Shown: positions 1 through 9,370 of the stretch, one piece after another
Position numbering within the stretch: position 1 is the stretch's first letter
How the letters are laid out: every line of letters starts with the position of its first letter
NCBI GenBank assembly: GCA_045105515.1
Contig: JBGCDR010000220.1
Span: forward strand, 1 to 29,864
Direction of reading: 5' to 3'
Length of the DNA stretch: 29,864 bases
Source of the DNA: Oligoflexales bacterium
Lineage (GTDB): Bacteria > Bdellovibrionota_B > Oligoflexia > Oligoflexales > Bog-1112
The notes under the pieces: model-generated
Database searches by the model: none
The model's input: only the letters and a program-made list of their open reading frames with translations
Told to the model about the DNA's origin: nothing
Translations under genes and position numbers: made by a program

Positions 1-733
1 AAATGGCAAGTAAAGTTAGGTCAACTCAAGGATTATCTTTGCACATCTTCGGTAGACTAGCTGCTGGAATGCTGATGAGAATTTTACCAAGTGCCTAAAT
101 CGGCCTATACCAGGAGTTTCAACTGTTGATTGGCATTTAAGTTCTTCTACAATGATTCTAAATCATTTTGCTAATCAAGATCATAAAATTGGCAACTATC
201 TGCTATCCCTACCTCAGTACCAACAAAAACAACTTGTTTTAACTATGTGTCTGCTCTTTGAGCTCTTAAATCACGAAGAACTGAGTGACAAGGAGATTTT
301 CGAGATAAAAACTGTATTTAACGACATCACTGTTTATGAGCATCCTATTCAGGAATCCTGGTTCGAAAAAGAGAGCAAAGCATCAGCATTTAGAATTAAA
401 AATTTATTGAATAAGCTCGAAACTTCCGAAAGCCTCGTAAGTTTCTTAGATTCGCTCGATACTAGGATAGCTAGAACAAAAAGTAGCCAAGGAAATAATC
501 TGAAAACTTGTTTTTTTGTTTTCGTTAGCCAGCTTAATGAAGGCTCTGATCCATCAAATGGTTTTATAGAATTTTATGAACTCTTGCAGGCCAAAATTTA
601 GATTAATAAAGATCTAAATTTCCCGATTCCGATCACTAGAATTTTGAATTGAAACCCAACTATATGGGATACTAGAGCAAACATTGAAGATGAAACCTTT
701 CTTATAGATCTCCAGAATATATACGAAATCTGA
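1..733 (+). pseudogene. Probable decayed gene of unknown function that includes ORF 152..601
   Basis: The frame of ORF 152..601 is already open from 56 (TSCWNADENFTKCLNRPIPG...). After TAG 599-601 it continues as protein-like sequence (INKDLNFPIPITRILN*NPTIWDTRANIEDETFLIDLQNIYEI*) with TGA at 650-652 and 731-733. No family recognised. Confidence 0.4.
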
Positions 734-791
734 AGGTATGATTAAAATATCAACAGCTTTTCTTATCATTCTAACTATTTATATTTCTCGC

Positions 792-818
792 TTAAATTTA
801 TCGCTATTTTTCCGATCG
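792..818 (+). promoter_or_regulatory. Putative sigma28/FliA-like promoter
   Basis: TTAA-N15-TCCGATCG about 50 nt upstream of ATG 868; the consensus is TAAA-N15-GCCGATAA. Confidence 0.4.
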
Positions 819-867
819 TGTCTTATAGGTACAAAAACTGTTATGGTCAGTGTATGAGAGTACAGAG

Positions 868-1809
868 ATGAAAAGTGTTATATTTGCAGCTACATATCTA
901 ATATTCTCCGCTTGTGGTGATAAAACGTTGATGCACCCTGAGCAACAAGCTGCCGACAATGGGATCAATACTGAAGAAAAGCGTGGTGAGTTTTCTGCAG
1001 AAGCTCCGGTGATATTAAAATCAAAACGGGTAACTCAGGAGATATTGGCCCCAAAAAGCGATACTCGGGAGATATTAGCTTCAAAGGAGTCCACAAAAAA
1101 TCCAACAGAGGTTTCCGAGCCTAGCAAGAATATGGATATGGACCAAGGATCCGAAATCGAAGAAGGCGAAGATGTACTCGAACCTATTTTAGTTAATGGA
1201 GCTGCACTTACCTGCCATAGTGGTGAACCAGATACTCTTTATTGCATGTTAAATAATTCCAAAGCCGAATCTTACAATTGGCAGCTTTACCATGGAACAG
1301 GGGAACCTGTTGAAGAAAATTTATATGAAGTTCAAGAAATTGAGAACCAAGAACATTGGAATGTTAGGATCAAACTATTAGAAAGTATCACGAATATAAA
1401 AGCTGAAGCCAGCACACAATACATGAATGCCAATGGAATAGCTGAAACCCACATCCAAACTTCAGAGTTATTAAGCATGGATACAAGCCTCAGCATACAC
1501 GAAAAACTTTCCCGTGTTTATGAAAGTTCAGAATATGGTGATTTAACTCTGGCAATCGACGTGAACAATGGAGTTCTAGGCTCATGGGTAGATGGAGACA
1601 TAGTCGGAGATGTTGCTGGTACATTCTTTCCTGAAACCATGTCAATAGAAGGTCGATGGATTGAGCACCTACCAGATTCCCAATATGAAGGAGATTTCGT
1701 TTTCAAATTCACTCTTTCTGCAGATGGAATTATCACTGTATCAGGCGAATATACTAACGATGGGTCAAGTGATGTCAAATCTTGGCCACTAACACCCAAG
1801 CCTCTTTGA
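868..1809 (+). CDS. Orphan lipoprotein with a P-x-x-[IV]-x-GA-x-LTC domain and a C-terminal beta-rich (possibly avidin-like barrel) domain; paralogue of 22343..23203
   Basis: ATG 868 gives MKSVIFAATYLIFSAC (lipobox-like FSAC), then a charged low-complexity linker, then two blocks that align by eye with 22343..23203. Confidence 0.75.
   Translation: MKSVIFAATYLIFSACGDKTLMHPEQQAADNGINTEEKRGEFSAEAPVILKSKRVTQEILAPKSDTREILASKESTKNPTEVSEPSKNMDMDQGSEIEEGEDVLEPILVNGAALTCHSGEPDTLYCMLNNSKAESYNWQLYHGTGEPVEENLYEVQEIENQEHWNVRIKLLESITNIKAEASTQYMNANGIAETHIQTSELLSMDTSLSIHEKLSRVYESSEYGDLTLAIDVNNGVLGSWVDGDIVGDVAGTFFPETMSIEGRWIEHLPDSQYEGDFVFKFTLSADGIITVSGEYTNDGSSDVKSWPLTPKPL
1033..1086 (+). repeat. Imperfect tandem duplication with a 30-nt period inside the lipoprotein linker
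   Basis: actcaggagatattggccccaaaa (1033) vs actcgggagatattagcttcaaag (1063), encoding TQEILAPK / TREILASK. Confidence 0.75.
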
Positions 1810-1866
1810 TTCAATAGATGATTTCACCGGAAAATTTTTTCTAAAATTAGTGTGGAATAATTAAAT

Positions 1867-2277
1867 TTAAATTTGGCGAAAGTCTACTCTAGCACGATCT
1901 GCTGCAAGCAGATTAACTGCATTTTCAAAAAAGTGAAGATGTTTCTTCTTATCTACTCGTCTTAAAAGTTCTAAACTCAACTCATCCGACAACGATGTGA
2001 TATGAGAAAATACTTGAACTAAAGGCAAACCAGTAACCCAGGCAATCAAGAAAAAGTCATCTACAGTAATTGAAAAATTATCCTGTTTTCGCAAAATACC
2101 ACAAATGCGATCTTTATAATGTTTTTTTGATAGATTGCTATTCATCATAAGGTGATCAGCTATCTCTGAAGCCGAAAGCATCACAGCCGAGCTACCGAAC
2201 TTCTTAAAAGGTGGGGCATACTCTCGCAAAAGCTTAGCAGCTTTTTCTATGATTTTTTCATCGTTTATATCAAACAT
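1867..2277 (-). CDS. Hypothetical protein, possibly a degenerate XRE/Cro-like HTH
   Basis: 136-aa ORF. SASEIADHL...ITVDDFFLIAWVTGLPLVQVF resembles XRE helices; similarity is weak. Confidence 0.55.
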   Translation of the reverse strand: MFDINDEKIIEKAAKLLREYAPPFKKFGSSAVMLSASEIADHLMMNSNLSKKHYKDRICGILRKQDNFSITVDDFFLIAWVTGLPLVQVFSHITSLSDELSLELLRRVDKKKHLHFFENAVNLLAADRARVDFRQI

Positions 2278-2420
2278 TTCAAGAACCTTTTCCTAGTATT
2301 GGTGTAAAGCCAAATAGTCATTTAAAACGCAAACAATCATTTGTGGTCGGACGAAACATCCAAACATACTCAGTTTAAGCTAACCGACTTAGGTATCATA
2401 ACCTTGGTGATTTTGATAGC

Positions 2421-2448
2421 TTATCGGAACATAGTTCCAAGTATTTTA
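2421..2448 (-). promoter_or_regulatory. Putative sigma28/FliA-like promoter
   Basis: Minus strand reads TAAA-N16-TCCGATAA, about 145 nt upstream of ATG 2277. Confidence 0.4.
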
Positions 2449-2750
2449 ATGATTTTTTAAGTTTTTCCATCCTGATAAGTACTAGCCTAGAATCATTAAT
2501 TTATTGCTACTTGCCTTTTTATCAAATCCGAGCCAATAAACCAATATCATTTACATTGCTAGCGTAAAAAGTACTATTTCAGAAATGGGTTACAAGATTA
2601 TTTAATTATTGCCTTGAAGACCCTCATTAGAACAATTGATGAGAGTCTATCGACAAAACCTATTGATAAAAATTTTGCAACTAGAACTACGAAGAAATAT
2701 AGGTATCTACCAGTTTATTCTCAATTCAGGTATAGTGATAAAGTGTTGCT

Positions 2751-4397
2751 ATGTTTTGGTTTCACATAGCTAATCAAAGGATCAGAATGACACGAAACTA
2801 CCTACCCAGCTTTGATAAAATTCTCAATTTTTTTCCATTATCCATCTTGAGTTTAGTACTAATCTATATCTGGACCGGATCTCCTTTTCCTTTTCAGGAC
2901 TACCCTCAGCACCTAGCAATCGCAAAAGTTATTCGCGATTATGCTCAAAATCCACTTTATCAAGAATACTATATGCTAAGCACAGGGTTTGTAAATTACC
3001 ACAGCATGCATCATTTACTAGCAATGTTAGGAACCCTTGTAAATTTAGAGCTTGCCTTCAATATTTTACTCTCAATGTATGCATTGGTATTATTTTTTGC
3101 ATTTCGATATTTCACATCTACGCAGTTTCCCAATGAAACGGCCGAAAATAAAGTCCGTTTGAGTTTTTTTTCCATAGTATTCTTCTCACCACCTCTTATG
3201 ATGGGATTCATTCCCTATATTCTTGGAATCCCATTTATGATTGTAGGCATTGGCCTATGCTTTGATATAGCAACAAACGGCATAAAATCTTTCAAGGAAA
3301 AATTTTTAAAAATATCTGGGATTATAGGGAGTATTATTGCATGTGGTTTCTTTCATGGGTTCACCCTAATTAGTTTAATCATAGTTAGTTTTTGCTACTA
3401 TTTAGCTACAAGAAAGAAGGACTTTGTAATTTTAAGCTGCGCAGCTTTCGCCTATTTCCTCTCTTTATCGTCATTGATGGGATTAGGACTGCATAAGCAA
3501 TCTATTTGGGAGCTGGAGTCTGAATATAAATTCAATTATCCAGGCCTTCAAGTTTTTCAAGAACTCTTTCAAATTAGATGGTATGGATCACTTGCCTCAC
3601 TTAATCATTTTATTTGGAGCTTTCTTGAGTCACACCCTACTTTTCTCTTACTTCCTCTAACGATACTAGCTTTGGTAAGTATCTATTTTTTAAACAAGTT
3701 AGCTAGTCAAAAATTTGGAATATCAAGTTCCAATCCCGGATTTAAAGCTAGTTTATACTTAATTGCAATTTCATTTCTCTGTCCTTGGGCTGTGGGGTGG
3801 CCAACTGACTTTACTTTTATTGATCTAAGACTATTTGCTATTGCAGCATTTTTGGTTTATGCCAGTTTCCCAAGTAAGTTGCTAAAAAACCGTCAACAAC
3901 AAAAAATAATCATAGCATTTTTGCTCCTAAATACGATATTTAGCTACTACGGTAAGGCTAGGTTTAAGATGAAAGCTGATGCTGCTTTGGAATTGATAGA
4001 TACAATTCCAGATAATAAGGTCTTGGTTTCTGTGATTACAGACCACTACTCTCCTTACGTTGCAGCTTATACAGGGGTATATCATTTTTTGCCGATGTTT
4101 TACACCCTTAGAAAAGAAGGAGTCAATACTCAATTTTGGGCCAATTTAACTGCTCATATTCCTGTAAAATACAAAAAAAATAAAAGCTTTTCGGTACCCG
4201 ATTGGCGCACCTGGCAGTTAAAAAAATCTCATTTAGCGAGTGGTGATTTTTTGTTGGCAAATCAACCTTTCGAAGAAAACAAAGTTACTACTAAAATAAG
4301 AGAAACCTACATACCCCTAACAAAAAAAGTTTCTTGCATTAAACAATGGTGCTTATATAAGCTCAATTCACAGGATGTTTTGGATGAAATATTCTAG
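2751..4397 (+). CDS. Polytopic membrane protein, probable GT-C-type glycosyltransferase-like protein (start may be ATG 2787)
   Basis: About 10-12 hydrophobic segments, a QDYPQHLA motif in the loop after TM1, and a soluble C-terminal domain. Confidence 0.65.
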   Translation: MFWFHIANQRIRMTRNYLPSFDKILNFFPLSILSLVLIYIWTGSPFPFQDYPQHLAIAKVIRDYAQNPLYQEYYMLSTGFVNYHSMHHLLAMLGTLVNLELAFNILLSMYALVLFFAFRYFTSTQFPNETAENKVRLSFFSIVFFSPPLMMGFIPYILGIPFMIVGIGLCFDIATNGIKSFKEKFLKISGIIGSIIACGFFHGFTLISLIIVSFCYYLATRKKDFVILSCAAFAYFLSLSSLMGLGLHKQSIWELESEYKFNYPGLQVFQELFQIRWYGSLASLNHFIWSFLESHPTFLLLPLTILALVSIYFLNKLASQKFGISSSNPGFKASLYLIAISFLCPWAVGWPTDFTFIDLRLFAIAAFLVYASFPSKLLKNRQQQKIIIAFLLLNTIFSYYGKARFKMKADAALELIDTIPDNKVLVSVITDHYSPYVAAYTGVYHFLPMFYTLRKEGVNTQFWANLTAHIPVKYKKNKSFSVPDWRTWQLKKSHLASGDFLLANQPFEENKVTTKIRETYIPLTKKVSCIKQWCLYKLNSQDVLDEIF

Positions 4398-4445
4398 TTT
4401 GAGGTATATTTTTAAGAAGATTGAAGCAAGTTAAGGAGATACGAA

Positions 4446-4859
4446 TTGTATCGCTCGTACATTTTATCGATAATAGCTGCCGGAATCATCAATGCATGCA
4501 TTGCAAGTCCGCACTCCGCTATCTTCCAACATTATCAGCATTCTATGGAAGGCTGGCACCAGCCCAGAGCTCCTGAAAAAAAAAATCCGATCGAATCCAC
4601 GAAAAAATCCGTTGCTAAAGGCTCAGGATTGTTTAAAAACCATTGTCAAGCTTGTCATGGCCAGAGTGGCGAAGGCAATGGCCCTAAAGCAGCCAGTTTA
4701 AAAAAGGATCCTGCCAACCTTAAGGTGTCCAGAAAAAAACCTGACAGTTATCTTTTTTCGCAGATATACATGGGTCGAGGCCCTATGCCTCAAAATAAAG
4801 AAATCTTATCCGAGGAATATTGTTGGCATATTATTAACTATATCAACCAAATTCCTTAG
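4446..4859 (+). CDS. Monoheme class I cytochrome c, probable lipoprotein
   Basis: CQACH heme motif, G-x-G-x-G-P after it, distal Met in GRGPMP, lipobox-like INAC, AAGGAG RBS before the TTG start. Confidence 0.85.
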   Translation: MYRSYILSIIAAGIINACIASPHSAIFQHYQHSMEGWHQPRAPEKKNPIESTKKSVAKGSGLFKNHCQACHGQSGEGNGPKAASLKKDPANLKVSRKKPDSYLFSQIYMGRGPMPQNKEILSEEYCWHIINYINQIP

Positions 4860-4875
4860 GCTTGTTGGAATCACT

Positions 4876-5697
4876 ATGCTTAAAACCTTCGTCACAACCA
4901 CAATTCTTTTGCTACTAGGTATGAATCATCTCTTTGCTAGTAGCATTATACTTGAGTCAAAACAAGAGAAGCACAGCTTAGCTATTTCCCAGCTTCGGGA
5001 GCTAAAAGGAATCTATGCCAATCAATTTATTAAAGATCCTCATGTTACTAAGGCTCCGATAGAATTTGAGGGAGTGTACTTACCCAAACTACTTGAGAAA
5101 TTTTTTGGAAAGAAATGGGTACAAAGTCACCAAGTGGTATTGGAGGCATCTGATGGTTACAAAGTGAAAATCGAAACTTCTCTCATAAATAAGTATGAAC
5201 CTTTATTAGCTTTTGGGATTGTAGGCAAACGCGAATTCAGTTTTGCCGATGAATACCAACAAGGAAAGATTCAGAATTTAGGTCCTTTATATCTGGTGTG
5301 GGATCTAGTCAAATTTCCAAACCTCCAACAGGAGGGTTCAACTCAAAATTGGCCTTATCAAATTGTAAAAATTACCCTTTTAGAATCCTCTCAGCTGGAC
5401 GAAAAGTTAGTACCGAATAAAAATCTCAGCAAAAAAGACCCTATTTGGCTTGGTTTCGAGAGTTACAAGACTTATTGTTTGACTTGTCACACACTTAATA
5501 AGGACAACCCTCATGGAGCGCCTGGGTCTCGTGATTTATTCCAAATGCTAAGTGTTAGGGACCTCGCATGGATAGAGAAGTACCTCAAAAACCCTAGAGC
5601 TTGGACACCTAGCTCTTCAATGCCTGCTTTAAATATATCTAAGCAGACTATTAAAAACATCAGAGCATATTCTGTGGAAAGGGCCTCTAAGATATAA
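4876..5697 (+). CDS. Secreted protein with a molybdopterin-oxidoreductase-like N-terminal domain fused to a C-terminal cytochrome c
   Basis: Signal peptide; FEGVYL, ASDGY, LGPLYLVW and WPYQIVKI motifs; CLTCH heme motif; SSMP Met ligand. Confidence 0.75.
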   Translation: MLKTFVTTTILLLLGMNHLFASSIILESKQEKHSLAISQLRELKGIYANQFIKDPHVTKAPIEFEGVYLPKLLEKFFGKKWVQSHQVVLEASDGYKVKIETSLINKYEPLLAFGIVGKREFSFADEYQQGKIQNLGPLYLVWDLVKFPNLQQEGSTQNWPYQIVKITLLESSQLDEKLVPNKNLSKKDPIWLGFESYKTYCLTCHTLNKDNPHGAPGSRDLFQMLSVRDLAWIEKYLKNPRAWTPSSSMPALNISKQTIKNIRAYSVERASKI

Positions 5698-5762
5698 GCT
5701 CTTATCGTTGAAATCTTCCGAGGTCCCATATTATGTTAAGGTCACAAGAGAGGTAAGAAGTC

Positions 5763-5780
5763 TTTATTGAGCTCAATAAA
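5763..5780. promoter_or_regulatory. Perfect 18-bp palindrome abutting the RBS of the S1-like gene
   Basis: TTTATTGAGCTCAATAAA is its own reverse complement; AAGGAG follows at 5781-5786. Confidence 0.55.
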
Positions 5781-5796
5781 AAGGAGATGATAAAAA

Positions 5797-7323
5797 TTGA
5801 CAGATAAAAAGTTTGAGGTCCAATGGGAGGACCAGGACACCGGCTTCGACGAAGCTTCGAAAGAGCATAATGAAAATAATTCTGACGAATTTCAAAAAAT
5901 GCTCGCAAATGAATCTACCGATGACATAGATTTCGAGCCCCCTGCTGTTGGCGATAAAGTAATCGCCAAAATCAGCTATATTGGCAAAGATTCTGACGAC
6001 ATTATGCTTGAAATTGGGGGTAAATCTTCAGCAGTCATTGCTAAGCAAGACTTATTTGATGAGCAAGGTCAGCTCAATAGTATTGTGGGAGATGAGGTTT
6101 CTGCTTTCGTCGTTTCCATCATTGATGGCGAAATTGTCCTCAGCAACTCCATGTCTCATAGTATTGCAAAAAAGCATGCTGTCGAAGCTGCCTACGAAAG
6201 TAAGGTCCCAGTCAAAGGCAAAGTTACTGCCACTCAGAAAGGTGGTTACGAAGTCTTTATCATGGGACGGAAAGCCTTTTGCCCAGTTTCCCATATAGAC
6301 AACCGTTTTGTTGAAAATCCAGAAGAATATGTGGGAAAGGAACTGGACTTTCGCATTCAAAAAATTGGCCGCGATCTTGTGGTGTCCCGATCTTTACTTC
6401 TTGATGAGCAAGCAAAGACTGCAATGATAAGCCTCAAAGAATGCCTCAGCAAAGGCACTTCTGTTGACGGCAAAGTTGCAGATCTAAAAGATTTTGGTGC
6501 CATGATCGACCTTGGCGGAGTCACTGGCATGGCACATATTTCTGAACTTAGCTTTGGACACCCTAGTCATGCTTCGGAAGTTCTGAAAATTGGCCAAAAA
6601 GTAAAAGCTAAGATCTTAAACATAGATGAATCTGGTAAGAAACCTCGTATTGGACTCAGTATCAAAGCATTGCTGACTAATCCTTGGGATAGTATTGAAG
6701 ATCACTTTAAAATGGGCGAGTCATACCGAGGCCAGGTCATTCGTCTTGCAGACTTTGGAGCTTTTGTAGAGCTCAAAGAGGGAGTCGACGGACTGATTCA
6801 CCTTTCAGAAATGTCCTGGCTCAAGCGTATCCATCACCCTAAAGAGATTCTGAAAGTTGGTGACCAAGTCTTAGTAAGGCTTCTAGAACTAAATCCACTA
6901 AAGAAGAGGATCTCATTGTCAATGAAGGCAATTGAGGATGATCCTTGGTTAGGAGTGGAAGAACGATTTCAGCTTGGAATGGAACTTGATGCCCGGGTAG
7001 TGGAATTAAAAAGCTTTGGAGCTGTTGTTGAATTAGCCGAAGGTCTTACGGGTACCGTGCCCACTTTTGCCCTCAAGGCTGCACACGGAGATTCCTACAG
7101 AAAAAAATGCTGTCCACCAAATGAACTAAAGGTTCTCGTTCAAGAGGTAAACAAAGGTAAAAAGAGAATAACCCTGACCCTACAATCCTTAAAAGGTCAG
7201 GAAAATGATGCCGATGATTATAAACAATATCTAGCCCAACAAGATGCACTGCAAGTAGGGGAAAGTAAGTCACAGGGATCCTTTGGAGACCTATTACAGG
7301 CGTCTATAAAGAAGAAACCTTGA
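5797..7323 (+). CDS. rpsA: 30S ribosomal protein S1-like protein (about 5 S1 domains; probably a paralogous copy)
   Basis: Repeated S1/OB motifs (DFGAMIDLGGVTGMAHISEL, DFGAFVELKEGVDGLIHLSEMSW), C-terminal GSFGDLL, acidic N-terminal extension, TTG start with AAGGAG. Confidence 0.85.
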   Translation: MTDKKFEVQWEDQDTGFDEASKEHNENNSDEFQKMLANESTDDIDFEPPAVGDKVIAKISYIGKDSDDIMLEIGGKSSAVIAKQDLFDEQGQLNSIVGDEVSAFVVSIIDGEIVLSNSMSHSIAKKHAVEAAYESKVPVKGKVTATQKGGYEVFIMGRKAFCPVSHIDNRFVENPEEYVGKELDFRIQKIGRDLVVSRSLLLDEQAKTAMISLKECLSKGTSVDGKVADLKDFGAMIDLGGVTGMAHISELSFGHPSHASEVLKIGQKVKAKILNIDESGKKPRIGLSIKALLTNPWDSIEDHFKMGESYRGQVIRLADFGAFVELKEGVDGLIHLSEMSWLKRIHHPKEILKVGDQVLVRLLELNPLKKRISLSMKAIEDDPWLGVEERFQLGMELDARVVELKSFGAVVELAEGLTGTVPTFALKAAHGDSYRKKCCPPNELKVLVQEVNKGKKRITLTLQSLKGQENDADDYKQYLAQQDALQVGESKSQGSFGDLLQASIKKKP

Positions 7324-7451
7324 ATCGGCCATAAACACTATCCTTAAAATACCTCCTCATATTAATTAGATACAGATGTGCGAGGTTAGAATAGAAGATG
7401 TCTGTTTTCTTTTTAAAAGTTTTATTGTAGAAGGTGACAAGTGCTTTATGC

Positions 7452-7574
7452 AAAGCACACAGTGATAGCTAGATCCCAAGTGGTGGCTGCCCGTGAACCC
7501 CGCCAGGGCCGGAAGGCAGCAACGGTAGTGGAACAGTCAGGTACCTGGGTCATCTAGCTATCACTGTGTGCTTT
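7452..7574 (+). ncRNA. ffs: Signal recognition particle RNA (small bacterial 4.5S); ends approximate
   Basis: Helix-8 signature CAGGGCCGGAAGGCAGCAAC with GGAA tetraloop, enclosed by a perfect 23-bp stem (7452-7474 with 7552-7574); lies directly upstream of dnaX, a common arrangement. Confidence 0.95.
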
Positions 7575-7594
7575 TATTATATTGGAGACAATCC

Positions 7595-9343
7595 TTGTCT
7601 TATCAACCCCTAGCTCGTAAATACCGTCCCCGCAAATTTAGCGACCTAATTGGACAAGAAGCCGTAACTCAAGCTTTATGTAATGCCATCAAGATTGGTC
7701 GAGAGCCAGCTGGTGTTATTTTTTCAGGCGTCCGAGGAATCGGTAAAACTACAACCGCTCGTTTGTACGCCAAAGCACTGAACTGCGAGCAAAGAAATGC
7801 GGGAGAACCCTGCGATCTGTGTGACAGCTGCAGCGCCATTGCAAGCGGTTACCATGAGGACGTCTTAGAGATAGATGGCGCCTCACACAACGGAGTTGAT
7901 GAGGTCCGAGCCTTAAAGGAAACAGTTAGTTACGTCCCACATCGCTCTAAGTACAAAGTCTATATCATCGATGAAGTTCATATGCTCTCTATCAGCGCCT
8001 TCAACGCGTTGTTGAAGACACTAGAAGAACCTCCTCACCATGTTGTTTTTATTTTTGCGACCACCGAATTACAAAAAGTGCCGCAAACCATCATTGGTCG
8101 CTGCCAAACCTTCTACCTACAAAAACTCAGCATAGCCCTAACGGTTAAGAGAATTAGAGAAATCCTCACTTTGGAGCAGGTTGATTTCGAGGAAGACGCT
8201 CTGTCTGCCGTCGCTAGAGAAGGGCATGGCTCTATGCGCGATGCTTTGACCTTCCTTGATCAAGCTATCGCTCTAGGCGAAGGAAAGCTCAATAAGGCAG
8301 GACTGGCGAAGATTATTTCTTCGATATCAGGCGATGCAATCATCGATCTTCTTGAACACCTTGCCAGAAAGGATGGCAAGGAGTGTGTCGAGGCAATTGC
8401 CACGATGGACCAAGCAGGTTGGGATTTTACTGAAGCAGTTGAGGAGCTTGCGCGCTACGCTCGCCATGGCTTTCTTTGCAGCAGCCTTGAGCAGAATGCT
8501 CTCAGTGCAGAGTTTTTAGGGATTGGTGAGGATGAATATCAGCGGCTGAGTAAAATAAGCTCATCATTAAAGCAGTTTGAACTGAATCGTATCTTCCGTA
8601 CATTCATCAAGTGTCGGCAAGACCTCGATGGCTCTGACCTTGACCGTTTTGTTTTTGAGAATTACTGCTTGGAGTGGTGTTTAGATCCAGGCTTTCCAAG
8701 CCTTGATCAACTGCTCAGCGGACAAAAAACAAATCCTGCTGCTTCACCTCAGAAACAGGTGACGGCCCCCAAGGAAAAGCCGGTAAATAAACCTCAATTT
8801 GTAAATGCCCTCAAGCAGTTTTCTGACGATCGGGGGCAAAAAAAAAATCCCGCTTCACAAGCCTCAACTCCATCACTAGATGACTTGGGCTTAGTCAAAG
8901 CCTCTCAGATTCATAGCCAGCAACACAGTCACCCATTTCCTGAAACCTGGGAAGCCCTAGTCACCTTATGGAAATTAAAAAAACCACTCGAAGCGAGGAA
9001 ATTCGAAGAAGTTTATCTTAAATCCTTTAGCAAAGAAAAAATTGAATTGGGAGTGAACCCTGAAAGCCTCGCTGCCAAGGACCTTTTAAATCCAGATGCA
9101 CAAAGAAGCATCCGAACTGCCCTTAAAGCACTTTGCGGCTTTTATGGGGCTTTTCAAGTTGTTCCTATCGATAAAAGCTCCGAGCCTAATATGAATGAGT
9201 CTATTCTCGAATCGAAAAATCGAGAACGATCCCAACTTGAAAAGACTTGGATTCAAGAAGCAAAAGATCATAGTTGGACCCAGGGTATCATTGCAGGAAT
9301 GCAAGGACACCTGGAGAAAATAGTGCTCAAGGAACATCGTTAA
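7595..9343 (+). CDS. dnaX: DNA polymerase III subunit gamma/tau
   Basis: MSYQPLARKYRP from TTG 7595 with GGAG at 7584-7587; Walker A GVRGIGKTT; Cys4 zinc module; EIDGASHNGVDEVR; IIDEVHMLSISAFNALLKTLEEPP. Confidence 0.97.
   Translation: MSYQPLARKYRPRKFSDLIGQEAVTQALCNAIKIGREPAGVIFSGVRGIGKTTTARLYAKALNCEQRNAGEPCDLCDSCSAIASGYHEDVLEIDGASHNGVDEVRALKETVSYVPHRSKYKVYIIDEVHMLSISAFNALLKTLEEPPHHVVFIFATTELQKVPQTIIGRCQTFYLQKLSIALTVKRIREILTLEQVDFEEDALSAVAREGHGSMRDALTFLDQAIALGEGKLNKAGLAKIISSISGDAIIDLLEHLARKDGKECVEAIATMDQAGWDFTEAVEELARYARHGFLCSSLEQNALSAEFLGIGEDEYQRLSKISSSLKQFELNRIFRTFIKCRQDLDGSDLDRFVFENYCLEWCLDPGFPSLDQLLSGQKTNPAASPQKQVTAPKEKPVNKPQFVNALKQFSDDRGQKKNPASQASTPSLDDLGLVKASQIHSQQHSHPFPETWEALVTLWKLKKPLEARKFEEVYLKSFSKEKIELGVNPESLAAKDLLNPDAQRSIRTALKALCGFYGAFQVVPIDKSSEPNMNESILESKNRERSQLEKTWIQEAKDHSWTQGIIAGMQGHLEKIVLKEHR
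8838..8847 (+). other. A10 run in the dnaX linker, candidate recoding site
   Basis: CGG GGG CAA AAA AAA AAT at codons 413-418; stops follow at 8881-8883 (-1 frame) and 8877-8879 (+1 frame). Confidence 0.6.
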
Positions 9344-9370
9344 GCGGATGGACTGATAAGAAGATTGAAA

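Noticed and set aside
5787..5807. Tiny uORF ATG ATA AAA ATT GAC AGA TAA overlapping the S1 start
   Set aside because: The ATG directly abuts the Shine-Dalgarno sequence with no spacing, so initiation is unlikely
7568..7594. ORF-track GTG start for dnaX
   Set aside because: It lies inside the SRP RNA closing stem; TTG 7595 has an RBS and gives the canonical MSYQ-x-LARKYRP start
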